Part shown: in pieces, positions 29,124 through 39,272 of the stretch
Numbering within the stretch: the first letter of the stretch is position 1
How the letters are laid out: every line of letters starts with the position of its first letter
NCBI GenBank assembly: GCA_036676495.1
Contig: JAKFCT010000052.1
Span: 19,246 to 83,245 of the forward strand
Origin: Candidatus Sericytochromatia bacterium
Lineage (GTDB): Bacteria; Cyanobacteriota; Sericytochromatia; S15B-MN24; UBA4093
Length of the DNA stretch: 64,000 bases
Reading direction: 5' to 3'
The notes under the pieces: model-generated
The model's input: only the letters and a program-made list of their open reading frames with translations
What the model was told of the DNA's origin: nothing
The model's database searches: none
Translations under genes and position numbers: made by a program

Positions 29124-29291
29124 GGGCTCTCCCTTCGGCGTTGGCTCGGTGGGGTGACGGACGATGGGTTGCCCATCGACCATGGAGGCTTTACACTGGC
29201 TTAAGCATAATCAACCGAGCGTTACCTTGCAAACGCCGCGAAAGCCACCCCCCCAAAGTCGCAGCAACCTACCTGGAGGAGACTCATCACC

Positions 29292-30377
29292 ATGGCCAAG
29301 CGTATTGGCATCTCGACCGGCGGTGGAGACGCCCCCGGCCTCAATGCCGTTATCCGTGCCTTCACCAAGACCGCCATCTCCGAGTTCGGATGGGAAGTCA
29401 TCGGCATCCGCGATGGCTTCGATGGCCTGATCAAGCCGGATTTCACGATGCCCCTCGGCCTGGATGACATCCGCGGCATCACTTCCCGGGGCGGGACCAT
29501 CTTGGGGACCACCAACCGTGGCAATCCCTTCAAGTATCCCGTTCATGAGAACGGACAGGTCGTGCTCAAGGACATCTCCGATCAGGTCATGGAGAATTAT
29601 CATCGCCTGGGCCTCGACGGCATGGTCATCATCGGCGGCGACGGCACCATCGGGATCGGTCACCAGCTGGCCAAGAAGGGCATGAAGATCATCGGCGTGC
29701 CCAAGACCATCGATAACGACCTCTCCTCGACGGACCAGACCTTCGGCTTCGACACCGCCGTGAACACGGCCACCGAGGCGATCGACAAGCTGATCACGAC
29801 CGCCGAGAGCCATCACCGGGTCATGGTGGTGGAGGTCATGGGGCGCGATGCCGGCTGGATCGCCTTGTACTCGGGCATTGCCGGTGCGGTCAACGTCGTG
29901 CTGATTCCCGAGATCCCCTTCGATATCCAGCATGTCGCCGACGAAGTTTACAAGCGCTCGGAAGCCGGAAAGAGCTACTCGATCGTGGTCGTGGCCGAAG
30001 GCGCCAAGCCCAAGGGCGGAGACGTGATCTACGCGGAATTCGATCCGACCAAGGGCGTCGCTCGCCTGGGAGGAGTCGGCAACTGGGTCGGCAGCCAGAT
30101 TTCCGAGCGCACCGGCCTCGAGACCCGCGTCACCGTCCTGGGCCATATCCAGCGCGGCGGATCCCCCACGCCCTTCGACCGGATCCTGGCGACCCGCTAC
30201 GGCACGCATGCCGCCCACCTGATCAACGAGGACAAGTTCGATCAGATGGTCATCCTGCGGGGCGGCAAGATCATGGGGGCCCCGATTTCCGAGGCCGTGG
30301 CCCAGATCAAGTGCGTGAATCCCGACGGCGATGAGGTCATGGTCGCCAAGGACACCGGCATTTATTTCGGCGATTAG
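29292..30377 (+). CDS. pfkA: 6-phosphofructokinase (GGDG / PKTIDND type)
   Basis: TGGGDAPGLN, GGTILGT, GGDGT, PKTIDND, EVMGR, LGHIQRGG. Confidence 0.95.
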   Translation: MAKRIGISTGGGDAPGLNAVIRAFTKTAISEFGWEVIGIRDGFDGLIKPDFTMPLGLDDIRGITSRGGTILGTTNRGNPFKYPVHENGQVVLKDISDQVMENYHRLGLDGMVIIGGDGTIGIGHQLAKKGMKIIGVPKTIDNDLSSTDQTFGFDTAVNTATEAIDKLITTAESHHRVMVVEVMGRDAGWIALYSGIAGAVNVVLIPEIPFDIQHVADEVYKRSEAGKSYSIVVVAEGAKPKGGDVIYAEFDPTKGVARLGGVGNWVGSQISERTGLETRVTVLGHIQRGGSPTPFDRILATRYGTHAAHLINEDKFDQMVILRGGKIMGAPISEAVAQIKCVNPDGDEVMVAKDTGIYFGD

Positions 30378-30404
30378 CCTCCAGAAACTGGGGTTCGGCC
30401 GCGA

Positions 30405-30965
30405 CTAGCTGTGGCTGGTCTTGGGAGCACGTGAAACGGCGGACGTCTCGACGAGGCGTCCGCCTCGTCGTTGAATGATCGTCCGGACCTGTTCGTCGAG
30501 GGCCGCCGGGGATTCGACGGTCAGGATGTAGTGGGAGTGCAAGGGCTTCTCGGCCGAGCGACGTCCCAGGATGCCCCAGGCTTCGGCCACCGTCGCGGCG
30601 AGCATCCCTCCCAGGATGGCGCCGCTGAGACTCCAGCAGGCAATGATGAAGAGCCTGAGCATCCAGTCGAAGAGGCTGAACGTCACGGGATCGCTGGCCG
30701 CCCGCTCGGCTCCCGGCACGGCATCGAGCGGCCAGAAGACCGCGGCGACCCCCAGGGCAATCCCGAGCAAGGCGCCAAGGCCTTGTCCAATGGGCAAGCT
30801 TTCGCAGCTTCCCGGGGAGAGCGCGTCTCGCTCGTAGGCGCAGGCGGGACAGTCGTCGTCGAAGGTCAAGGAGAGCTGACTCTGGGCGATTCCGGAACCC
30901 TCCAGCTGTCGGCAAACGCGCTCCGCGGATTCGAGGTTCACAAAGACGCCGCTCAGAGTCTTCAT
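30405..30965 (-). CDS. Hypothetical membrane protein (general-stress-protein-like architecture)
   Basis: N-terminal GVFxxxxxAE...L...G motif, two Gly-rich TM segments, C-terminal ILTV...G; alternative start at 31109. Confidence 0.65.
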   Translation of the reverse strand: MKTLSGVFVNLESAERVCRQLEGSGIAQSQLSLTFDDDCPACAYERDALSPGSCESLPIGQGLGALLGIALGVAAVFWPLDAVPGAERAASDPVTFSLFDWMLRLFIIACWSLSGAILGGMLAATVAEAWGILGRRSAEKPLHSHYILTVESPAALDEQVRTIIQRRGGRLVETSAVSRAPKTSHS

Positions 30966-31235
30966 GCGTGCTTCCCCCCTTCTACCGGCATTTTCCTGGA
31001 TCGGTTCACTCACGGCCTTGCAGGCATCGCCCCAAAGCAGCCGGTCGCCGTTTTCACCGGCATGTGGGTCGATGACAAAGCCGACAGCGAACTGGTCTAG
31101 GGGTAACATATCCCCACCCTCTGAACAATCGCCGCTTCTCACCTCGGGCGCGCATCGTTTCCCTGCTTGGCCGATTCCTTGCCCGCTCGGGTATGAGGAG
31201 CTTGGTTCCCTGCCCTGCGCTTGGAGATTTCCGGG

Positions 31236-32957
31236 ATGAATCCGCTCGTCGAAAAAGGCATCAAAGCCTTCCAGGCCAATCGCTACGCGGAGGCGATCGC
31301 CTTCTATGAAGAGGCCCTCGCCGCAGAAGTGAGCGATCCCCGCCTCCACGTGCTCTTGGCCAGCGCCTATCACCACAACGGCCAACTGGAGCTGGCCCGC
31401 AACCACTACGAGATCGCGCTCGACCGGAGCGATGCCGAAGCGATCCTGCGCGCCGCCCAGGCCGGACTCTCCAAGGTCGTCCAGGGAGTGGTGCCTCGCC
31501 GCGATCCTGTCGTCTCGACGGACGGGCTTCGACTTCCCGCGCGCCCCCGGGATGGCCTCTTGGCCTGTCCGCATTGTGGCGAGGTCCTGGTCAAGCAGGC
31601 CTGCGTCTGCGGCTTCCTGCTCACGGATCCGGAGCGGCTCGGCCTGGATCTCGTGCAACGCTACTGCGAACAGGCTGAAGTCGTCATGTTCGCGCGCCTG
31701 GGTCTCGATACCTACCTGATCGACCGGGACCGGGTCTGTTACCGGACCGCCAACGATCAACTCGCGGCCATCGACCCCCGGATGGTCTTTCGGCCTCTTC
31801 ACGGCATGCCGATGATCCGCAAGAGCGAGCTTCAGCCGATATCCCCCTTTCAGTCCCTCTGGGTGGCCTACCCGCGCCCGGGCCAACCAGGCGAGCCTCG
31901 CCCGTACACCTGGGAAGCCTTCGTTCAGGCCGTCTCGGACAAGCTGGCCGTGGAGCTTCCCGAACGCTTGAGCGCCTTCGATGCGCGGCGCCTCTTCGCC
32001 ACGTTTCGCCTGCTCCCACCCGGCGAGCTTTCCCGCATCCAAGATGACGCCCAGCGCTGGGGCCTCTCGTTTGGCCAGGGCCTCATGCGGGCGACCAACA
32101 TGCCGCCCGAATCGCTCTTGCAGGAGATGCAGGGGGCGGGCTCCTACTTCAGGCCCTCCAATCGGATGGCCAACTCGCTGGGATGGGACCTCATGTCGGA
32201 CGGCCTGCTGGAACCTGACGAACTTCGCGAGGCCATCACCCGCCAGGTGGAGTATCCCAAGCCGCTGATTCAGCTGATCCTCGCGAGCACTCCGCTCTCC
32301 CCGGAAGAGGTGGAGCCGGTCGCAGAGGCCGCACGCCAGCGCAAGGTGACCCGGACTCAGCGCGATCGCCTCGGGGAGATCCTGATTCGCCAAGGCGCGC
32401 TCTCGCGGGCCCACCTTCAGGATGCGCTGGATCGCCAGGCTCGCCTCCCGGGGACGCCCTTGGGAGAGCTCCTCCGCGACATGGGAGTGTCGGGGAGGGT
32501 GATCGACGATGCGCTGCAGCGCCAGCGGATCAAGGATCAGTTTCGCTACGGGGGGCAGGCCCGCCTCGGAGAGATCCTGGTGAAGCGCGGCGCCATCAGC
32601 CGCCAGCAACTTCTCGAGGCCTTGCTCGCTCAGATTGACCAGCCCTTGCCGCTCGGCGAGATCCTCATTCGTCGGGGCATGGCGTCGCCGGAGCAGATTT
32701 ACCTGGCGCTCGAGCAGCAGGAGACGACGTTCGACGAACTGGTCGAGAGCGAACGGGCCATGGAGTTGCAGGATCAGGCGCCCGGGGCGCCGTCGCTGAC
32801 GCTCTCGATTGATCTGGAGCGGGAGAAGCAACGTCTTCATCAGCTCTGGGGTGGCCTCAAGACCGGTTTCAAGGCCGGGGTCAAGGAGGTCAAGACGGCC
32901 ATCGAGGCGGTCCGGGAGTACGAGGCGGCCAAGCGCGATGAGGCGCAAGACGCGTGA
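31236..32957 (+). CDS. TPR + Zn-ribbon + multi-MshEN (c-di-GMP-binding) protein
   Basis: N-terminal TPR; CPHC..CVCG; RLGEILIRQGALSRAHLQDALDRQ and RLGEILVKRGAISRQQLLEALLAQ plus further copies. Confidence 0.8.
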   Translation: MNPLVEKGIKAFQANRYAEAIAFYEEALAAEVSDPRLHVLLASAYHHNGQLELARNHYEIALDRSDAEAILRAAQAGLSKVVQGVVPRRDPVVSTDGLRLPARPRDGLLACPHCGEVLVKQACVCGFLLTDPERLGLDLVQRYCEQAEVVMFARLGLDTYLIDRDRVCYRTANDQLAAIDPRMVFRPLHGMPMIRKSELQPISPFQSLWVAYPRPGQPGEPRPYTWEAFVQAVSDKLAVELPERLSAFDARRLFATFRLLPPGELSRIQDDAQRWGLSFGQGLMRATNMPPESLLQEMQGAGSYFRPSNRMANSLGWDLMSDGLLEPDELREAITRQVEYPKPLIQLILASTPLSPEEVEPVAEAARQRKVTRTQRDRLGEILIRQGALSRAHLQDALDRQARLPGTPLGELLRDMGVSGRVIDDALQRQRIKDQFRYGGQARLGEILVKRGAISRQQLLEALLAQIDQPLPLGEILIRRGMASPEQIYLALEQQETTFDELVESERAMELQDQAPGAPSLTLSIDLEREKQRLHQLWGGLKTGFKAGVKEVKTAIEAVREYEAAKRDEAQDA

Positions 32958-32996
32958 GGGCCTCCGGATTCTCGCCATTGCGGGTAGAATAGGGGC

Positions 32997-35900
32997 ATGC
33001 CCCACTTACCTCTCATCAATCGAAAGCTGCTGCCACCGAAGGTGCCGGCTTCCTATGTGCGAAGAGATCGCCTGATCGACCGCCTTGAGGCCGGTCAGGA
33101 TCCGCGCATCAAGCTGACCTTGGTGAGCGCGGGGCCCGGTTACGGCAAGAGCACGCTGGTGGCCGATTACGTGGCCGAGAGCGGCGCGCCGGGCTGCTGG
33201 CTGAACCTCGAGCCGCATGATGCCGATCCGTCGACGTTCCTGAGCTACCTGATCGGCGGCTGTTACCGGAACTGGCCCGGTGAGGCGTCGCGGGCCCTGG
33301 AATTGCTGCATACCGCTTCGAACCCCGCGGCGATCCTGCCCAGCCTGATGGGGCTTTTCGCCGAGGAATTGTCCGAGCGCGTCGGCGAGCGTTTCGTGCT
33401 CGTCCTCGACGACTTCCATGCCGTGCAGCATGCCGAGCCGGTGGTGGCGGCCGTCGAGGCCCTCATCGCCTACCTGCCGGAAGCCGTTCAGCTCATCGTC
33501 GTTTCGCGCAAGGACCCTCCGTTCAAGCTGCCCCAGCTGCGGGTCCGCCAGCAGCTGGTCGAACTCGGGATCCCGCAGCTGCGCTTCAGCCTCGAGGAGA
33601 TTGCCGCGCTGTTCCGTGCCCTGACCGGCATGGCCTTGAGTCCCGAAGAGCAAGGAACCCTTTCGGCGTCGACCGAAGGCTGGGCGGCCAGCCTCGTCAT
33701 GGCGGCTTACGCCTCTCAGGGCGGCTCGCTGGCCCAGGGGCTCGGTGAGGGCCGGACGCTCTTTTTCGAGTACCTGGCCCAGGAGGTCTTCGACCAGCAG
33801 CCGGAGGAGGTCCGAGAGTTCTTGCTCCGCACGGCGCTCATGCCGACCCTGGACGTTTCGGTCTGCCGCGAAGAGCTGGGGATCGTGGGCATCGACGAGA
33901 TGGTGGCCGGTTTGCTGCGCTCCAACATGCTCTTGACCCGCGCTTCCGCCGAAGCCACGGAGTACTACTACCATCCGACGCTTCAGGCCTTCCTCAAGGA
34001 AAAGGCGCGCGCCTCCTGGTCCGAGCAGGAGATTCAGGCGATCGCCCTCAAGCTCGGCAAGCGCCTCACGGAGCGCGCTCCCGAAGATGCCCTGAGGCTG
34101 TTCTTCGATGGCGGCCTCTGGGAGGACGCGGCGGAGACCCTGGCCAACCTGGCCCCGGTCTACCTCTCCCAAGGCCGGGTCACGGCCTTGGAGCAGCTGC
34201 TGGGGCAGTTTCCCCCCGAGGTGGCGCACGCGAATTCCCGGCTCAACCTCTATCACGGGGAAGTCTGTCGTGCACTGGGCCGCTTCGACGAGGCCTTGCG
34301 CCATTACGAGGCGGCTGAACGCCTGGCTGGCGAGCAAAAGGACCCCTCCGCGGCGGGCCATGCATTGGCCTTCCAGGCCGCTATCTGGGGCAGCCGGGGA
34401 GATTCCCGTCTGAGGAGCTTGGCGACCAAGGCCCTAGAGTTGCTGCCCGAATCCGATCAGGCGGGACGGGCCTTCGCCGAGAATGCCCTGGGCCTGTCCT
34501 ACCAGATGGCCAACGACATGAACCGGGCCCTCGAGCATTTCGAGCGGGCCCGAGAGCTTTACCTCGCGCTGGGAGACGCGGCGGGCCTGAGCAAGGCCCT
34601 GCATAATGTGGCGCTCGCCACGTTCCGCCAGGGGGACATCGACCGGGCGCGGGCCACCTACAAGGAAGCCATCCGACAGGCGGAACGGGCGGGACGGCGT
34701 GGCTACCCCGCGACCTACAGCAACCTCGCCATCGTTCACCTGGCCTTGGGGGAGTTCGATGAGGCCCGGACCATCGCCGAAGAGGGCCTGATGCTCGCTC
34801 AGGCGCTCGGCGCCCGCCGCGATGAGGGCTGGACCTTGTTGACGCTGGGCGAAGTCGCGAGTGCCCAAGGCCAGCCGATGCGGGCACTCAATTACTTTGC
34901 GCGAACCCGCGAGGTCGCGGTCTCGCTGGGTGACCGCGTGCTCGAAGCTCAGGCGCTCTCGGGTGAAGCGGAGCTTTCCCGCCTGCAAGGCCAAAAGGAT
35001 CGGGCCTGGGAGTTGATGCAGCTCGCGATCTCCTTGAGAGGCCTACCTGCCGAGGACCCGGCGATGGTCGACTTCCAGATTCCCCTGGGAGTGCTCTGCA
35101 TGGAGCGCGGCGAGCATGCGCGCGCGCAGGAGCTGCTGAGGCTGGCGCGCGAGACCCTGGCGTCGCAGGGGTACCGCTACCGGCTCGCGCAGCTGCGTTT
35201 TTACGAGGCGCGCCTGAGCCAGGCCACCGGAAACGCGGACGAGGCCCGGGCGATTGCACAAGAAGCCCGCAGGCTTTGCGAGGCGAACGGCTATCACTAC
35301 CTGATCATGACCCAGGGAGGCTGGGAGGGAGCGGCCAAGGAGCTGCCGCCGGACCTGGTCACGGTGCTGCCGCAGACCCCCGATCTTCAGATCCGGGCGC
35401 TGGGCGAGCTCGAGGTCGTCAACGCGAACGGGGCAATCGCCCCCAAGCAATGGCAAGGCTCCAAGACCAAGCTCTTGCTGGCGTGCTTGCTCCAGCACCG
35501 GCAGGGAGTGACCCGCGAGCAACTCGCCGAAGAGCTTTACGGAGAAGAAGACGTCTCCCGCTCCGCCATCCTGATGCTCATCAGCCGCTTGCGGCAGGCC
35601 CTGGAGCCCGACCTCGCCAAGAACGCTCCGTCCCGCTTCGTCCAGTGGCGGGAAGGGCGCTACTGGTTCAACTTCGACGCCCATTACACGCTGGATGCCG
35701 ACGAGTTCACCTACCACCTGGCCCAAGCCAAGCGGGAGGGCCTGTCGGCCGACGATCGGATCTCCGAGCTCGGAAAGGCCCTGGATCGTTACCGCGGACG
35801 CTACATGAACGATCTGGCGAATTCCGGAGCGCTCTGGCTGATCGGAGTGCAGGAGCATCTTCACCAGCTCGCGATGGCGGCTTACGGCACGCTCTTCGAG

Positions 35901-36143
35901 GAGCTCCAGGCCTTGGAGCGCTACGAGGACGCACTGCAGCGCGCAGAGCAATGTCTTGCGGTGGATCGCTGCTCGGAGCCTGCTCACCAGGCTAAGATGC
36001 GGGCGCTCTTGGCCCTCGGAAACCGCACGGGCGCCTTGCGCCACTACCAGCAACTCATCGACATCCTCGACACCGACCTGGGCATTGCCCCGGATGCCTC
36101 GTCGAGACGCCTTTTTGAGCAGATTCAAGCCGGCATCTCCTGA
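32997..36143 (+). CDS. MalT-like STAND ATPase-TPR transcriptional regulator with C-terminal wHTH-BTAD
   Basis: KLLPP..R.RL start, AGPGYGKST Walker A, VLVLDDFH Walker B, LRFS.EE, TEGW, YLAQEVF; TPRs; LGELEV..W...K.KLLL, ISRLRQALEP, YRGRYM, SEPAHQ BTAD. Confidence 0.92.
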   Translation: MPHLPLINRKLLPPKVPASYVRRDRLIDRLEAGQDPRIKLTLVSAGPGYGKSTLVADYVAESGAPGCWLNLEPHDADPSTFLSYLIGGCYRNWPGEASRALELLHTASNPAAILPSLMGLFAEELSERVGERFVLVLDDFHAVQHAEPVVAAVEALIAYLPEAVQLIVVSRKDPPFKLPQLRVRQQLVELGIPQLRFSLEEIAALFRALTGMALSPEEQGTLSASTEGWAASLVMAAYASQGGSLAQGLGEGRTLFFEYLAQEVFDQQPEEVREFLLRTALMPTLDVSVCREELGIVGIDEMVAGLLRSNMLLTRASAEATEYYYHPTLQAFLKEKARASWSEQEIQAIALKLGKRLTERAPEDALRLFFDGGLWEDAAETLANLAPVYLSQGRVTALEQLLGQFPPEVAHANSRLNLYHGEVCRALGRFDEALRHYEAAERLAGEQKDPSAAGHALAFQAAIWGSRGDSRLRSLATKALELLPESDQAGRAFAENALGLSYQMANDMNRALEHFERARELYLALGDAAGLSKALHNVALATFRQGDIDRARATYKEAIRQAERAGRRGYPATYSNLAIVHLALGEFDEARTIAEEGLMLAQALGARRDEGWTLLTLGEVASAQGQPMRALNYFARTREVAVSLGDRVLEAQALSGEAELSRLQGQKDRAWELMQLAISLRGLPAEDPAMVDFQIPLGVLCMERGEHARAQELLRLARETLASQGYRYRLAQLRFYEARLSQATGNADEARAIAQEARRLCEANGYHYLIMTQGGWEGAAKELPPDLVTVLPQTPDLQIRALGELEVVNANGAIAPKQWQGSKTKLLLACLLQHRQGVTREQLAEELYGEEDVSRSAILMLISRLRQALEPDLAKNAPSRFVQWREGRYWFNFDAHYTLDADEFTYHLAQAKREGLSADDRISELGKALDRYRGRYMNDLANSGALWLIGVQEHLHQLAMAAYGTLFEELQALERYEDALQRAEQCLAVDRCSEPAHQAKMRALLALGNRTGALRHYQQLIDILDTDLGIAPDASSRRLFEQIQAGIS

Positions 36144-36163
36144 AGACGTCCAGCGGAGACCTG

Positions 36164-36199
36164 GGCCCCGGAGCTTCAATGCGAAGCTCCGGGGCCTTT
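36164..36199 (+). terminator. Intrinsic terminator
   Basis: GGCCCCGGAGCTTC-AATGC-GAAGCTCCGGGGCC-TTT. Confidence 0.8.
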
Positions 36200-36251
36200 C
36201 CGTTGGGGGCATAACCAAAATTTAACCGATCAAAATCGACTGCTTGCTCGT

Positions 36252-36286
36252 CATGTGATCAACCACGTGATCGCTTGCACGTAGTC
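36252..36286 (+). promoter_or_regulatory. Direct repeats, candidate operator for adjacent BTAD regulator
   Basis: CATGTGATC (36252), CACGTGATC (36264), CACGTAGTC (36278). Confidence 0.45.
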
Positions 36287-36323
36287 TACGCTCAGGAACG
36301 GTTGAAACCGACAGGAGGTCGCT

Positions 36324-37157
36324 ATGATTCGCCCGACGCTTTACACTCTGCTGGCCACCACCGCGCTGGTGACGTCCCTTTCGGGATGCGTGATCGTCGA
36401 CAAGAACCCGACATCGATGGTGGGCTATCCCGGGGCGACCGAGCCGAGCTCGGTGAGCAAGCGCTACCCCTGGGATCAGATCACGACGATGGAGGGCTCG
36501 ACTCTTTACGACGCGCATCACCAGGTGAAGCGCTACTTGACCCTGCACTTCCCGGACGCCAAGCTGGTCTCCGTGAAGGCCATGCAGGTCGGCGCCAACG
36601 GCAAGATCGCCAAGACCAGCTCCTGGCAGTTCACCTACCAGGCGATGGTCCGCAAGCAGCCGGACCCGACCCCCTCGCCGTCGCCCACTCCGAGCGTCCA
36701 GGCAGTCGAGATCCCGACCCTGTATGACGTTCGCCTGCTCACCTTCACGTTCACCGGCGACGGCAAGCTCCTGGCTCCCGAGGCGGATACCGTCTCCACG
36801 GACTCGGGCGTGACCATCGACTTCGACCGGGTGCTCTACTTCAACAAGGTGATCGAGACCTGCCTGGACATCGGCATGGGCATGGGGCCCGCCGGCATGC
36901 AGATTGCCTTGCGCCCGACCTCGAGCGGGGGGGCCGTCTACGAGATCGACACCTCGGTCTCCGGACGGGAAATCATGGCGCATACGTCCAGCTCCGGCAG
37001 CTACTGGTACGAGGATTTCTACTACGACGAGCCCAGCTACTCCTACCAGAAGCCGCAGCCCACTCCCACGCCGACCGTGTCGACGCAGTACTATCGGGGT
37101 AAGTACGTGATAAACGCCTACACGGGCGATATCATCGAACGTCCTACCCGGCTGTAG
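36324..37157 (+). CDS. Hypothetical lipoprotein
   Basis: AGGAGG RBS; LSGC lipobox; PT/PS linkers; C-terminal YVINAYTGDII PepSY-like strand. Confidence 0.8.
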   Translation: MIRPTLYTLLATTALVTSLSGCVIVDKNPTSMVGYPGATEPSSVSKRYPWDQITTMEGSTLYDAHHQVKRYLTLHFPDAKLVSVKAMQVGANGKIAKTSSWQFTYQAMVRKQPDPTPSPSPTPSVQAVEIPTLYDVRLLTFTFTGDGKLLAPEADTVSTDSGVTIDFDRVLYFNKVIETCLDIGMGMGPAGMQIALRPTSSGGAVYEIDTSVSGREIMAHTSSSGSYWYEDFYYDEPSYSYQKPQPTPTPTVSTQYYRGKYVINAYTGDIIERPTRL

Positions 37158-37181
37158 CCGGGTAGGGATAGGGGGTACCGG

Positions 37182-38114
37182 ATGGGCTTGAGATCGTCCC
37201 GCCGTTTGAAGGCGCTGCTGGGCTTGACCGCCGCAGCGCTCTCGGCGGGTTGCCCTCCAACCAGCACGCCGCCGAGTGGCGTCAATCCGAACGAGGCGGC
37301 CGATCGACAGGCCATTTCCTCGGTGCTCGGAGAATCCGAGGTTGCGCCACTCTTCCCGTCCCGACTCATCAACGATGGGGTCGGCATCTTCAGTGCCGGC
37401 ACCGAGGTCCTGCCGTCGGGCTTTCCAAGGCGCTGGGGGCGCAGTTACTCCTTCACCGTCCAGGGAAAAGAGACGTCGATTCCCGAGTCGACGTCTCTCC
37501 AGTTCACCTCTGCGACCGAGGCCACGGGGCTTTTCAAGCAGGATCGTGCCGGCAAGCTCGTGCTCGATTACACCTGGCAGCGCAACCTGCTCTCCAAGCC
37601 GTTCGTCGAGACCGCTCAGCGGAAGGCCCACTTCCGCAAGACCGCGGGGACTTGGCGCTTGACCGACGTCAACCTGGTCAAGATCCAGCCCGAGGGCTCG
37701 GCGTTCAAGGCAGGGACGATCGTTTTGACGGTGGACGGTCAGCCCCCGCGGCGCTTCCTGCCGGATGGCTGGATTGCGATCGACGACCTGCCGCGCGTCA
37801 AGGCCGATCAATGGGCATCCCTCGAGGTCGAACTCTCCTTCGAGGGGGCGACGACGGATCCGGCGTTTTACGCCTTCCTTTCCGTGCCCCCCATGCGCGA
37901 TCGCCTCAGGCTGCGGGACGACGGCCTCGGCGAGGACCGCCAGGCCCGAGACGGGGTTTACACGGCTCACTTCCGTTTCGGCGGAGAGGCGGGCCTGCGG
38001 CACCTGGTGATCGACGCGATCGCCGGCAAGACTTTCGCTGATCCGGCGATGACCAATTATGACGGCACCCAGTGGGGAATCCCCTACCGGGTCGAAGGAG
38101 GTGAGGGACGATGA
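37182..38114 (+). CDS. Hypothetical lipoprotein with C-terminal LxDDG..D..AxDGVYT motif
   Basis: SAGC lipobox; LRDDGLGEDRQARDGVYTAHF. Confidence 0.8.
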   Translation: MGLRSSRRLKALLGLTAAALSAGCPPTSTPPSGVNPNEAADRQAISSVLGESEVAPLFPSRLINDGVGIFSAGTEVLPSGFPRRWGRSYSFTVQGKETSIPESTSLQFTSATEATGLFKQDRAGKLVLDYTWQRNLLSKPFVETAQRKAHFRKTAGTWRLTDVNLVKIQPEGSAFKAGTIVLTVDGQPPRRFLPDGWIAIDDLPRVKADQWASLEVELSFEGATTDPAFYAFLSVPPMRDRLRLRDDGLGEDRQARDGVYTAHFRFGGEAGLRHLVIDAIAGKTFADPAMTNYDGTQWGIPYRVEGGEGR

Positions 38115-39172
38115 CGCGGATTTGGACTCCCTTTGGGAGGTCCCTAGCGGGATTGTGCCTTGCCGTGGTCCTTTCCGGGTGCGCGAGTACCCTCCCGAAC
38201 GGTACCTTCGGCCCCTACTGGCCGGTCGGTAACGGTCTTTCCGAGGAGGACAAGTCGGGAGGCGTCGAAGGCAAGCCGGGCTCGGAGACGGAGCAGCCGC
38301 CTTTCGTGGGCCTCTACCAGACCTTGCAGGGACCGCTACTCTCCAGAGACGGCAAGCTCTACTCCCTGAGCACGGGGGCGCTCAAGGAATGGGGGAAGGC
38401 CCCCCGGTCGGGTATGGCCTGGTCGATTTTCATGCTCTCGTCCCAGGAGGGCTGGAGTGTCGGTGGCGAAGGCATCGCCCGTTACAAGAACCAGCTCTGG
38501 GAGCCGGTCGTCAACGGCAGCCATGAGCTGCTCTCGCCAGCGACCAACAACGGGGTGGCGGTGCGGCTCACCGACGTGGCCTTCTCCGACGCGGGTCGCG
38601 GCTTCGCCGTCGGGACCCACGGGACGGTTCTCGAGTACGCCAACGAGAAATGGACCCGGGTTGAGCGTCCCGAATTCGGCACCAAGCACTTCGGAACGGT
38701 GCGGACCTCGGGGCAGGAGGTCTGGGTGGCCGGCGAGGACGTGCTGCGCTTCAACGGAACCGCTTGGGTGAAGGTCGGCCCCCCCCAGGCAGGCTTGGAG
38801 GTCAGCGGATTGCTGATCCGCGACGATGCGGTCTGGGCGAGCACGGGGACGGACCTCTGGCGCTGGGACCGGGTCGCCCAGAAATGGGATGCGAAGTCGC
38901 ACCTCTCCGCCGATTACCTGGGGGGACTCCAGGCGATTCCCGGGAATCCGGCATCGCTGCTCGCGGTGGCCATGGAAGTCGGAGTTCCGGGAGGCCGGAT
39001 CTTCGGGCTGGGAAGCGGGGGCAACTGGAACGCGCTTTCGCCTCAGACTCCCGTGCAGGTCGGTCTCGATTCCCTGGTGATGCTGGATCACGATACGGGA
39101 TTCGCGCTGAGCTTCGACGGCGCGGTGCTTTACAAGTTCGATCAAGGAGTCTGGACGACGCTGCCCTTCTAG
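38111..39172 (+). CDS. Lipoprotein, beta-propeller-like (Trp-Gly blades)
   Basis: LSGC lipobox; GWSVGG, GFAVGTHGTVLEY...W, VWVAG, RFNGTAW; ATGA overlap with upstream gene. Confidence 0.8.
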   Translation: MTRIWTPFGRSLAGLCLAVVLSGCASTLPNGTFGPYWPVGNGLSEEDKSGGVEGKPGSETEQPPFVGLYQTLQGPLLSRDGKLYSLSTGALKEWGKAPRSGMAWSIFMLSSQEGWSVGGEGIARYKNQLWEPVVNGSHELLSPATNNGVAVRLTDVAFSDAGRGFAVGTHGTVLEYANEKWTRVERPEFGTKHFGTVRTSGQEVWVAGEDVLRFNGTAWVKVGPPQAGLEVSGLLIRDDAVWASTGTDLWRWDRVAQKWDAKSHLSADYLGGLQAIPGNPASLLAVAMEVGVPGGRIFGLGSGGNWNALSPQTPVQVGLDSLVMLDHDTGFALSFDGAVLYKFDQGVWTTLPF

Positions 39173-39201
39173 CCCACCCAGGGCCGCGAGGTGTTTCGAT
39201 G

Positions 39202-39230
39202 GCAACGGCCCCGCTCGGCGGGGCCGTTGC
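39202..39230. terminator. Hairpin between convergent genes
   Basis: GCAACGGCCCCGC-TCG-GCGGGGCCGTTGC. Confidence 0.7.
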
Positions 39231-39272
39231 GCGTTGCGGTGGGAACGACGGGACGCGTCCCGCGGGACGGGG

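Noticed and set aside
29190-29226. TTTA/TTAA repeats in the pgi-pfkA spacer (also 53730-53790) as members of the 11-bp motif
   Set aside because: Spacing is irregular or matches are weak; may be ordinary promoter elements
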